Shown piece by piece: positions 18,528-27,470 of a DNA stretch of 64,000 bases. The position numbers and the translations under genes are program-made. The notes beneath the pieces were generated by a model that saw nothing but the letters and a program-made list of their open reading frames with translations, was not told the DNA's origin and ran no database searches. This stretch comes from Candidatus Binatia bacterium (lineage in GTDB: Bacteria; Desulfobacterota; Binatia; HRBIN30), in assembly GCA_026415395.1 (NCBI GenBank), contig JAOAHD010000007.1, positions 855,972 to 919,971 of the forward strand, given 5' to 3'. The stretch's first letter is position 1, and the number at the start of each line of letters is the position of its first letter.

Positions 18528-20235
18528 TCACAGCGAACAGTGGAGGGTTTGGCGGAAGGAAGTGCACGATGAGGCGGAGCCGACACGATCGATGGCCGAC
18601 TGCAGGTGCTCAAGGGTGAGGGTGGCCGGACCAGCCAACAGGCCAGTGAAGGCGCGCCGCGTGGCTTGCAAGCGGAAGCGAACCGTGCCGGGTTGACGGG
18701 ACACGGGGCGCAGCGCGATGCGATACCGTCTGGTAGCGCTCACACAACGAAGGCCGCCGCGGGAGGTAGGGCTGCATTCGCTGGCTGCCCACTCGAGGGT
18801 GTCCACCACGTTGCCAACTGCGCTCACGGTTACCCGCAAGCCGGCATTGGCTTCCAGGCCATCGTTGTGCTGCGCAAGATACGTCCCTCGCGCCCGTACA
18901 GAGCCATTGTCGGAGGTCATACTGGAGTTAGGGCGCAAGGTGATGTGTTCGAGGTTCAAGGCGGCATCTTGCGGGTCGCAAGTGTCTCCGAGCCCATCGC
19001 CATGGAGGTCTGCTTGATCCGGGTTGAAGACGGTGGGGCAGTTGTCTGCGCCGTCAGCGATGCCGTCGCCGTGGCTATCTGAGCTTGCGGGTGTCGGTGT
19101 CGAGGTCGGGGTGGCGGTAGGCGTTGCGCAGTTCGCGCTATGGGTGCACAGTCCTTGAGCTAGATTGTAAGAATCGGTGGTGCAGGAAAGCCCGTCGTCG
19201 CAGTCGGCATCTTGGGTGCAAAACGGTTTGATGAACTGGCCGAACGCGCAGGGCGCGCTCCCGACGGCAATCGTTTTTTCCACGGTAGCGGTGGGCGCAT
19301 CGAACACTGACACGGTGCCATCTCCGGCGTTGGCGACACAAACCCTGCGCCCATCAGGATGCGCCGCCACGCCTCGAGGCTGGCTTCCCACCGGCACGGT
19401 AGCGATGACCGCATCGGCACTCACGTCAACGATCGAGACCGTGCCGGATCCCGCTGTTGGTTACAAAAAGGCGCGTGGAATCGGGGCTCACGGCAATTCC
19501 GTAGGGCTGCGTTCCGACCGCAATCGATTTCTGGTAAGGGTAGGGGTACCGCGTAGGGTCGTACGTGACCACGGTATTGGCCGCCTCGCCAGTGAAATAC
19601 ACTTGCCGGTGCCCGCCGCTCGCACCGCCTGTGACTGTGATGCCAGTCGGCGCGACACCGCGAGTAATCAGGTTCCAGCCGAAGTCCTGAGGGTCGATTT
19701 CCGCGTAACCCGGTCCGTTTGCCCCCGAGCCTCCCGGCCCGCCGAGGACAGCCACATACAGCAACCCCTCGTGGTCCACGACAATGCCGAGCGGTTGCGA
19801 TGCGAGGGTAGCTCGCCGCACCGATAAACGAATGGATCGTAGTCGAATACGCGAACACGGTGTCGGCAACGCGATTGGTGACGTAGAACTGTGAATCGTC
19901 CGGAGCCACGGCCACTGCAACGGCGCCGTTGCCCACGTCGGTGCCCGAGAGTGGAGTGGTGACGGTCAGTGTGAGCGGATCGATCACGGATATCGACCGA
20001 CTCACGGTGTTGACGACATACACTTCATCGCCCGCGCGCTTCACGGCTACACCTATCGGCCCAGCCCCGACACTGAGAGTCGTAACCACGGCGTCCAACG
20101 CGGTATCGATGACAGTCACGGTTCCGTCGCCAAAGTTGGTGATGAACGCGAGTGCTCCTGCCCAACACTGCCCCTCGGTTAGGATTAGTGGGAAAAAGGC
20201 GATCAGAAAGAAAAAACGGCCCGTTTAAAAGACAT
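18528..20235 (-). pseudogene. secreted YVTN-family beta-propeller repeat protein with thrombospondin type-3-like Ca-binding repeats; reading frame broken three times by 1-bp indels
   Basis: The start at ATG rc 20233-20235 gives MSFKRAV and then a stop. Adding one A to the A6 run at 20211-20216 restores the signal peptide MSFKRAVFFFLIAFFPLILTEGQCWA joined to GALAFITNFGDGTVTVIDTALD. The gene then continues across three frames (track ORFs 19421-20119, 19426-19920 and 18528-19424). These pieces carry the repeats FYVTN, LFVTNSG and VCVANAGDGTVSVFD, plus TSP3-like DADCDDG and DSHGDGIADGADNCPTVFNPDQADLHGDGLGDTCDP. The frame junctions fall at GG/CCC runs near 19816-19822 and 19450-19452. Confidence 0.6.
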
Positions 20236-20893
20236 CGCTTCCGCCCGGCTGCCGATGGTGCCAGGAGGAAGCAGATGTTGCAACCGAAAAAGTTGACGAC
20301 ACGCATTTGCTGCCGAATGGGCGCCGAACCGTGGCTCGCGCGGTGGTTCTTGCACGCAAAGGCTTCGGTTGCTGGTTGTATCGCGTCGGCCGGACTGCAT
20401 GAAGAGAAGCCGCGTTGTGGGAGCGCACCCACCAGCGGCCGTGCCCGCCGGGGGCCGGGGCGTCATGCCGGCGGAAGCATCGGTCAACCGCGGCAGCAGC
20501 CGAGTCACTGGAGTCGATGTTTCCCGACCTCGCTTTCGCGATTTGCTCGTCAATCACTACCCTTTGCACCAGCGGCTCGAACCCAGGGTTAGTCTTCACA
20601 AGAATGTCCGGTGGGGACAACGTTGGTTTTGCTTGACCGTTGCTTGCTGCTTCTCGGTGTGGCTCGAGTGGCGCACCGGGCTCGAACAACGCGCGGTTGT
20701 GAAAGACGAGCCATTGTTTCGCACGGAGGCGCGAGACTCAGTCGGTGCGCGAGCATGCGAGGTGAGTAAGCACTGCGAACGATCCAGGCTCCTTCCCACC
20801 TTGTCCGCAAGCCGATGCCACCCACGCGGGTGCAAGCGACGCACACGCAACCTCGCTGCCATGCGCGCCGTAATACAATGCCGCTTGCGGCAG

Positions 20894-21763
20894 TTAGTTT
20901 GCGCTGCCGCGCATCACCGTGTCAGCAAAGCGGCGGAGACCGTCTCGAATGCTGTCTGGGTCGAAGCCTGGGGGAGCAATCACGACACGGCTGACTCCGA
21001 GTTCTGCGTAACGGGCAACCAGCTCCTGGTCGACCACAAAAGATCCAGTGGTGATTTCGATTTCGTCGGGGTTGCGCCCGATGCGGCTGCATTCGGCACG
21101 CATGATGTCCAGCAGGCTCTTGAGTTTCGGTGGGTCGCCGAAGGCGGGAAAGAAACCATCGCCCAAACGCGCCGCGCGCTTGGCTGCGGGAGCCGAGTGG
21201 CCACCGATGACAATCGGCACTCCGGGTTGCTGAATGGGTTTGGGATTCGACTCCACCGGGCCCCAACGGAAGAATTTGCCGTCGAAGCTTTGCGGACCGG
21301 GTTTCCACAAAGTGCGCACGGCGCGAATGGCTTCGTCCGTGCGGGCACCCCGCTCCTCGAACGGAACGCCGAGCGTGGCAAATTCTTCAGCAAGCCAGCC
21401 CGAGCCGATGCCCAGGATCGCGCGTCCCCCCGACAACACGTCGAGTGTCGCCACTTCCTTTGCCACGTAGGCAGGGTGGCGCTGGGGCAAAATCAAAATG
21501 CCGCTGCCGAGCCTCACCTTGCGCGTGATGGCGGCGGCAAAAGCCAAGGGTAGGAGCGGGTCAGACAGCGGCGCATCATCGGGGCCGGGCATTTTGCCGT
21601 CGGCACTGTAAGGGTAGCGCGACTGATATCCGACCGGCACGACCACATGTTCCACCGTCCAAATGGAATCAAAGCCGCATTCTTCGGCTGTTTGCACCAA
21701 CGTGGCAAAGGGCTCTGGATAAGCCAGTGGTCCAGCGTTGGTAAATGCCACCCCGAACTTCAT
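20894..21763 (-). CDS. LLM-class (luciferase-like) flavin/F420-dependent oxidoreductase
   Basis: Translation starts at MKFGVAFTNAGPLAYPEPFATLVQTAEECGFDSIWTVEHV (ATG rc 21761-21763). The track ORF reaches 22117, but that extension is low-complexity and unlikely to be coding. Confidence 0.8.
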   Translation of the reverse strand: MKFGVAFTNAGPLAYPEPFATLVQTAEECGFDSIWTVEHVVVPVGYQSRYPYSADGKMPGPDDAPLSDPLLPLAFAAAITRKVRLGSGILILPQRHPAYVAKEVATLDVLSGGRAILGIGSGWLAEEFATLGVPFEERGARTDEAIRAVRTLWKPGPQSFDGKFFRWGPVESNPKPIQQPGVPIVIGGHSAPAAKRAARLGDGFFPAFGDPPKLKSLLDIMRAECSRIGRNPDEIEITTGSFVVDQELVARYAELGVSRVVIAPPGFDPDSIRDGLRRFADTVMRGSAN

Positions 21764-21782
21764 GTGTTCGCCTCCGCTCTTC

Positions 21783-22391
21783 TCATGCTTTTGCGCTTGG
21801 GCGTGCGGAGACTTCGTCGTACCAGCGCTTGAGGTTCTTTTGCTCGGGCTGGATGCGGATGTCCGATACCCGGCCGAAGTCGATGCCGCACAGCGCGGTG
21901 ATGTCGGCAATCGTGAACGTGTCGCCGGCAATGAAGCGGCGATTGGCAAGCTCCCGATCGAGCCATTGCAGACCTTCCACGGCCCACTCCCGATTGACTT
22001 CACCCCACTCTGGCACTTGACGGATGCGGCCGGCGAAAAACGGGTGGCAGTTGCGGAACACCATGGTGATCGGAATGAAAATGTGCAGCTCCATGCGCCG
22101 CTGCCACATTTCCACAATCGCTCGGTCGCGTGCGTCGCGCCCCATCAAGGGGGGCTCGGGATAGAGCTCCTCGAAGTAGCGGCAAATGGCCACGCTTTCG
22201 GCGATGCAGGTGCCGTCGTCGAGCTCCAACACGGGCACGGTGCCGAGTGGGTTCTTCTTGCGGAACTCCGGCGAGCGATTGGCCCCGCCGACGATGTCGA
22301 CCTGCTCATACGGCACTTCGATGCCCTTTTCCGCCAGGAAAATCCGCACCCGCCGTGGATTCGGTGCTAACTGCGAGTCGTAAATTTTCAT
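21783..22391 (-). CDS. glutathione S-transferase
   Basis: The start MKIYDSQLAPNPRRVRIFLAEKGIEVPYEQVD shows a thioredoxin-like N-domain with the TVPVLE segment, followed by an alpha-helical C-domain. Confidence 0.8.
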   Translation of the reverse strand: MKIYDSQLAPNPRRVRIFLAEKGIEVPYEQVDIVGGANRSPEFRKKNPLGTVPVLELDDGTCIAESVAICRYFEELYPEPPLMGRDARDRAIVEMWQRRMELHIFIPITMVFRNCHPFFAGRIRQVPEWGEVNREWAVEGLQWLDRELANRRFIAGDTFTIADITALCGIDFGRVSDIRIQPEQKNLKRWYDEVSARPSAKA

Positions 22392-22441
22392 AGGTTTGCT
22401 CCTTTCTCGTCGAACATGTGTGCTGGCAGATTCCTCCGCAT

Positions 22442-23218
22442 TCAATCGAAGCGACCATGCCGCCCTTCGCCGGCGGTGAAGCGCTGTGCACCAGCGACGG
22501 CCTCGCCGCTCGCGAGCGTGACCCAGCCGCGTCGAAATTCGTTGCGTAACGCTGCTTCGAAGCTCAAGCCCTCCTGCTCGTACGCCGATAAGCGGTCGCG
22601 CCGCAAGCAAGTTTGCGGGAACTTGGCCAGTTCCTGGGCAAGCGTCTCCGCTGCCTCACGACCTTGGCCGACGGGAACGACGCGGTTGACCAGCCCCATT
22701 TCCAAAGCTTCGCGCGCCGACACCGGCCGCCCGGTCAAAATGAGATCCAGTGCGCGACTGAGGCCAATGAGCCGGGGGAGACGCACCGTACCCCCATCGA
22801 TGAGGGGCACTCCCCAGCGCCGGCAGAACACACCAAACACGGCCGACTCTTCCGCCACCCGCAGGTCGCACCACAGTGCGAGCTCGAGCCCGCCAGCCAC
22901 GGCGTAGCCCGCAACGGCGGCAATCACCGGCTTGCCGAGCAGCATGCGCGTCGGGCCCATGGGACCATCGCCATCCTCCTGCACGACGTTGCCTTGACCT
23001 TCGGCCACAGCCTTCAAGTCTGCGCCTGCACAAAAAGTTCCGCCCTCGCCCCACAGCACCGCAACGCTCGCCTTCGGGTCGGCATCGAAACTGCGGAAGG
23101 CGTCGGCCAGTGCGGCTGCGGTGGCACGGTCGACAGCGTTGCGCCGCTCCGGCCGTGACAAAACCACCGTCCAGACCGGACCGTTCACTTCCACCCGCAC
23201 GCTGGTTGGGCGCGTCAT
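22442..23218 (-). CDS. enoyl-CoA hydratase/isomerase (crotonase superfamily)
   Basis: The sequence contains NRPERRNAVD, FCAGADLK and the oxyanion-hole region GYAVAGGLELALWCDLRVA. Confidence 0.85.
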   Translation of the reverse strand: MTRPTSVRVEVNGPVWTVVLSRPERRNAVDRATAAALADAFRSFDADPKASVAVLWGEGGTFCAGADLKAVAEGQGNVVQEDGDGPMGPTRMLLGKPVIAAVAGYAVAGGLELALWCDLRVAEESAVFGVFCRRWGVPLIDGGTVRLPRLIGLSRALDLILTGRPVSAREALEMGLVNRVVPVGQGREAAETLAQELAKFPQTCLRRDRLSAYEQEGLSFEAALRNEFRRGWVTLASGEAVAGAQRFTAGEGRHGRFD

Positions 23219-23291
23219 GTCGTCATCCTCTGGCCGCCCTCGGTACCACTGTGGAGTTTTTCAGGAAAGCCTAGGTTCCTCAGGTCGAGCC

Positions 23292-24794
23292 TCACCCCCC
23301 GCGGGCGACCCATGCGCGGGCATTGCGGCGCACGAGGGCCATGATCGTCAGTTGGGGATTGATGCGGTTCGACGTGGGGAACAAGCTCGCATCGGCCACA
23401 GCCAGGCCGTGGTACCCGTGCACGCGGCCCCAAGGATCGCACACCGAGAGCTGCGCTCTGCCGGCGCGCGCCGTGCCCATGGGGTGAAAAGCCATGACTT
23501 CGAGCTGACTCCGTCGCACGCGCGCTCTTTCCAGCGCGGCCACATCGCTTGCCCGCCGCAGCACGGGTAAAGCGCTCACACCTGAGTAAACCTCCACGGC
23601 TCCGGCAGCGAAAAAGGCCTCGGCAGTGCGGGCGATGGCAAAGAGGAGCTTGCGCACGTCGCGGGTGCCGAGACGGTACCAAGCAACGGGGTGCGGCGTA
23701 CTCCCGATGCTCCACACGCGCCCGCTCGATTCGTCGCTAATCAGCGCCCCAAAACTTGCCATCAGTTCGAAGGCGCGCATCCGCTCGGCATAGGTATGCC
23801 CGAAGCCGGGAATCGCGGCCGCTTGCACCTCGGGGGGAACGAACTGCCCTTGGATGAACACGCCTTGGTCGATGAACTCGTCGATGTTGTAGGCCTGCGG
23901 CACCTCGCGCCAGCCGCGAATTGGTTCGGGAAACAGCGCGACCACGCGGGTAGCGGGGTGAAGGTGCAAGTTGCGGCCAAGCCACGCGTTTTGCACTCCC
24001 GAGGCTTGCAGGAGTGCTGGCGTATGGAGCGCGCCAGCGGCCACGACGACGAGAGGTGCAAACACGTCGAGCTGGACGCCTGTGCTCCGCCCGTGCGGGG
24101 TGACAGCGTCGGCAACCACCCCTAGGGTGCGGCGCCGGTCGAACAAGATCCGGCGCACCCGCGCGTGCACCCACAACGTGGCCCCGCTTGCGAGGGCTTC
24201 CGGAACTTTGCTCACGCTCATGGCCAACTTGCCGTCGCTCGGGCACCCGAATGCGCACCGCCCAGTGGCGAGGCAACCATGCTCGTTGCGCGGGATGCGC
24301 GAGCCCTTCCAGCGCAGCACCCGCTCAACGGCTTCCTGAATGCGGCCGTTGGCCGGGCCGTAAAGCTCGTCGGGTACTGGTTTGATGCGCAAGTCACGCT
24401 CGATCGCGGCGTAGTGCTCGCCGAGTTCGGTAGCGCCTTCGAGTCCGTATTCGTGCTCCCACATTTGCAGCACAAAGTCGGGCGTGCGGTAGCACGTGCC
24501 ACTGTTGATCGTGGTTGTGCCACCGACGCAGCGGCCGAGTGGAACGATGATGGGTGGGACTCCGAGTGTGCCCGTAAGTCCACCATTGCGATAGAGGTGC
24601 GAGAAGGCAAACCGCACGTCGCCCGTGAGACGAACGCCGGTGAAGTAGCTGCCTTCCTCGAGGAGCACGACGCGCCAGCCGGCGGCAGCGAGCTCCGCCG
24701 CTGCGACGGCGCCGCCGGCGCCGCTGCCAACCACCACCGCATCGGCACTGACACGATGGTGGCGCTGAAGCTGCGCGGCATCGTAGGCCATCAT
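23292..24794 (-). CDS. GMC-family FAD-dependent oxidoreductase
   Basis: The FAD-binding motif ADAVVVGSGAGGAVAAAELAAAGWRVVLLEEG is N-terminal. GMC C-terminal catalytic-region blocks are present, with the His-containing motifs HPMGTARAG and GLAVADASLFP. Confidence 0.85.
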   Translation of the reverse strand: MMAYDAAQLQRHHRVSADAVVVGSGAGGAVAAAELAAAGWRVVLLEEGSYFTGVRLTGDVRFAFSHLYRNGGLTGTLGVPPIIVPLGRCVGGTTTINSGTCYRTPDFVLQMWEHEYGLEGATELGEHYAAIERDLRIKPVPDELYGPANGRIQEAVERVLRWKGSRIPRNEHGCLATGRCAFGCPSDGKLAMSVSKVPEALASGATLWVHARVRRILFDRRRTLGVVADAVTPHGRSTGVQLDVFAPLVVVAAGALHTPALLQASGVQNAWLGRNLHLHPATRVVALFPEPIRGWREVPQAYNIDEFIDQGVFIQGQFVPPEVQAAAIPGFGHTYAERMRAFELMASFGALISDESSGRVWSIGSTPHPVAWYRLGTRDVRKLLFAIARTAEAFFAAGAVEVYSGVSALPVLRRASDVAALERARVRRSQLEVMAFHPMGTARAGRAQLSVCDPWGRVHGYHGLAVADASLFPTSNRINPQLTIMALVRRNARAWVARGG

Positions 24795-24800
24795 TGCCGA

Positions 24801-25733
24801 TCACTCCGGCAGGGTAGGCTCGGGGTATGGCCCCTTTTCGCCTCGTTCGCGCCGAAGCCGTGCCAGTTCGAGGCGCGAAGGTAGCCAGTCGTCGTCGACC
24901 CGGAATTCCTGCCGCACGGTTGGCTCGCCATAGGCGTGCAAGCCGAGGAGGAGTTTCAACGCGTGCGCGGCTTGCCGCCGAACCAGCAAGCGGCTGCGCT
25001 CCATCGATTCCAACACGGGCACGCGGTCCTCCCACGAAAGTTCGCAGAGCCGCTCGCGCCGCCCGTGAAAAAGCCGCGGGTTCCAATCCACAAACGCCAG
25101 CAGCCAACCAAATGCTTTGAGGGTCCATGCTCCTTGCGTCGCTAGTTGGCTCTCGACGGCGCTCGCTAGCTTCCCGGGGGCCAGCGGCGGCGAGCCTCCG
25201 GGCGGCGGCAGAAGAAGTGTCTCAGCAACGGCCTCCAGAGTGCGGCGTCCACGTGGCGGCAGAGCTCCTGTCGCCGGTGCCGCCGTGGCCGCGTAAGTGA
25301 GCCACGCGAGCAAAGCGAGCGAGGCGTCGACCAGAAAATTTGCGAGATAGATGAAGTAACGGTCGAACGCGGCAAAAAACCATAGGCAAGTTAGGCTGCT
25401 TGTGGCTTTGCCGATGGCAAGCGGCACCATGAGCAAGCGCCGTTCTGTAGGCGCTTTTGCAATCAGCGCTGCAAGCGCAGTCACCGCCGCCATGTACGCC
25501 ACACCGAGGCTCAACCAAAAGCGATGCGCGAGATGCGGCGCGGGAGGGAAGCCCAAAGGCCGGCCGACAGCGTTGAGCGCATCCACCGTGCCATCAGGAA
25601 AGAGGAAAAAGAGCGCACCGACGAGGCCAAAGGTCCATGCGAGCACGCGGTAAACGAGACCAAGCAGCCGATCGACCGTAGCCTCTGCACTGCTAGGTGT
25701 GGGGTTGCAAGCTAGGGGTCCGTTCGCTGTCAT
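24801..25733 (-). CDS. hypothetical integral membrane protein, probably co-transcribed with the GMC oxidoreductase
   Basis: The 310-aa ORF has about 4 N-terminal TM helices and a charged C-terminal domain. Its stop lies 7 nt upstream of the GMC start. No recognisable family. Confidence 0.5.
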   Translation of the reverse strand: MTANGPLACNPTPSSAEATVDRLLGLVYRVLAWTFGLVGALFFLFPDGTVDALNAVGRPLGFPPAPHLAHRFWLSLGVAYMAAVTALAALIAKAPTERRLLMVPLAIGKATSSLTCLWFFAAFDRYFIYLANFLVDASLALLAWLTYAATAAPATGALPPRGRRTLEAVAETLLLPPPGGSPPLAPGKLASAVESQLATQGAWTLKAFGWLLAFVDWNPRLFHGRRERLCELSWEDRVPVLESMERSRLLVRRQAAHALKLLLGLHAYGEPTVRQEFRVDDDWLPSRLELARLRRERGEKGPYPEPTLPE

Positions 25734-26026
25734 CGCCTTCCTCCACCGAAACCTTAGTTGCTATTCGCAGGGGTCGCGGAACGCAAGCACAGCACAAGGG
25801 CAACTGTTGGAGAAGGCCCTCGGGTTGTCAGCCGGGTGTGAGCGGAGGAGTGCAACGCGACCAGTGACTTTCAGCTAAGGATCGCTCGACTCAAACGTGG
25901 CCAACCCTGCCAAGGGGCAAGGTTAATGGCTCAAGCTTTTCCACGCACGGCTTGCTCTCGCTCGTGGTTGCGTTGGCGGATTGCTCGTTGCCGACAGGCG
26001 AAAAGTATCCGAGTTGCGAGCAGCGG

Positions 26027-27130
26027 CTAATCGGCGGCCGCTTGCTTGCTCCGTTGCGCTCGCCGGCCCTCTCGCTTTCGCCTCGTCGTTGGTTCTCTCG
26101 AACGCAATGGGGAGGTGCGCATCGTCCCTAGCGACCGCACGCAGCGCTGCAGGAGCTCCCGAACCTCTGCCGGCTCGCGGACGGCAGCACTGCGGTAGAT
26201 GGCTTGCACGAGGGCGAGGTGGCGTTTCACGAGTTTGGTGTTTTCGGCGAAGTACGTCGCCCCGGAGCGGTCGGACCAGGAACTCAGGCCCCCACTGACG
26301 TAGTGGGATTCGTAACAATGCGTCCAAAACCGAAAAGGGACTAGGTTTGCTGCCGCGAGGAACACGACGTGGAGGGTGTGAGGAAACTGGCGGATTTGTT
26401 CCAGAGCCCATTCCAGGCATTCCCTGCGCAGCGCTCGCGGCAGTGCACCGTACGTGTCCGAGGCAGCAACGATTGCCTCCACGGTCGCTATGGGTACAGC
26501 AGCGAAAAATTGTAACGAGCCATCGGCGAGGCGTTGCAAGGTACGCTCGCGGTTCGCGGTAGCAACGGCATTCATGGCCACAGCAGGATGGTTCTCGGTA
26601 ACGGGCGGCGAGGTGACGGCCCAGCTCGCTGCGCGGACAGCGAAGTACCGCTCGCTAAATGCCGGGGCCTGCAAGGTGCAGGGAAGGGGTTCGCTCCATA
26701 CCCAGCGACTGCAGCTGCGGGCTTCGTGATACGCAATCAATTCAGCAAACTGCTGCGCTTTGGCGTCCGGCCACGAAAGCTCCCAGAGGAACACCGTGCC
26801 GCTGTTTTGGCCACCGCGCAGCCAGCACGGCTCGACCCCAAACGCAGCCGCAAGAAGACGGAGCTCGTATTCGGAGATGAGGCGTGCCGCTGTGCGACCG
26901 CTGCCGTTGTTGGCCATTAATTCGATCTTGGCAATCCGATCCCGCCGGATGTGGGGAACGTAAGGGAGCTGCACCGGAGGAAAAAGCTGGGAGCGCAACG
27001 AAGAACATCGCTCCGCGAGCTCCGCTTGTGTCCAGCCGCGCTGCTTGCGTAACCAGGCGACGCGCCTGGCGAGTTCTTCGAGTTCGTTGTTACTCAGGCC
27101 TAGAGCGTTCCTTTGCATACGAATTTGCAA
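26027..27130 (-). CDS. XRE-family helix-turn-helix transcriptional regulator with a large uncharacterised C-terminal domain
   Basis: The N-terminal HTH is LRKQRGWTQAELAERCS. The remaining ~270 aa is unassigned. Confidence 0.6.
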   Translation of the reverse strand: MQIRMQRNALGLSNNELEELARRVAWLRKQRGWTQAELAERCSSLRSQLFPPVQLPYVPHIRRDRIAKIELMANNGSGRTAARLISEYELRLLAAAFGVEPCWLRGGQNSGTVFLWELSWPDAKAQQFAELIAYHEARSCSRWVWSEPLPCTLQAPAFSERYFAVRAASWAVTSPPVTENHPAVAMNAVATANRERTLQRLADGSLQFFAAVPIATVEAIVAASDTYGALPRALRRECLEWALEQIRQFPHTLHVVFLAAANLVPFRFWTHCYESHYVSGGLSSWSDRSGATYFAENTKLVKRHLALVQAIYRSAAVREPAEVRELLQRCVRSLGTMRTSPLRSREPTTRRKREGRRAQRSKQAAAD

Positions 27131-27470
27131 TCACAGCGTTTCTGAAAGTGGACTTGCGAGAGACACGGGTAAAGGAGGCGCTATGCCAGTGACCGAAATT
27201 CCTCCGCAGCTCAATGTGATGTGCGCCACGCAGACCCTGTGCTCGACAAAGCACAGGATGTCGCCTGGCGATATGCGCGGAAAGCTTGTACAAGAAGAGC
27301 CACTATTTCTGACAAAATTCTTCAGCATATGCAGCAGCGAGACTTGCATCATAAGAGTGCCCCCCGTCAAGTGATCATGACGAGGTGAGGGCCGGCCGCC
27401 CACTCTCCCTCAGTCGGCTTGCCGCGCGGCGTCGCACCTGCCCGGAAATGCCCGGTTGTCGGCCCTCGCG

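Noticed and set aside
20236-20893. 658-bp gap upstream of the YVTN gene, containing ORFs 20225-20689 and 20596-20862
   Set aside because: The ORFs have junk-like composition with no RBS or domain. The region is more likely a long 5' leader/promoter. No tRNA-like or riboswitch-like structure could be recognised by eye.
20369-21553. 394-aa plus-strand ORF spanning the LLM oxidoreductase region
   Set aside because: It is antisense to the luciferase-like gene (20894-21763), which has clear family motifs. The ORF has a junk-like composition.
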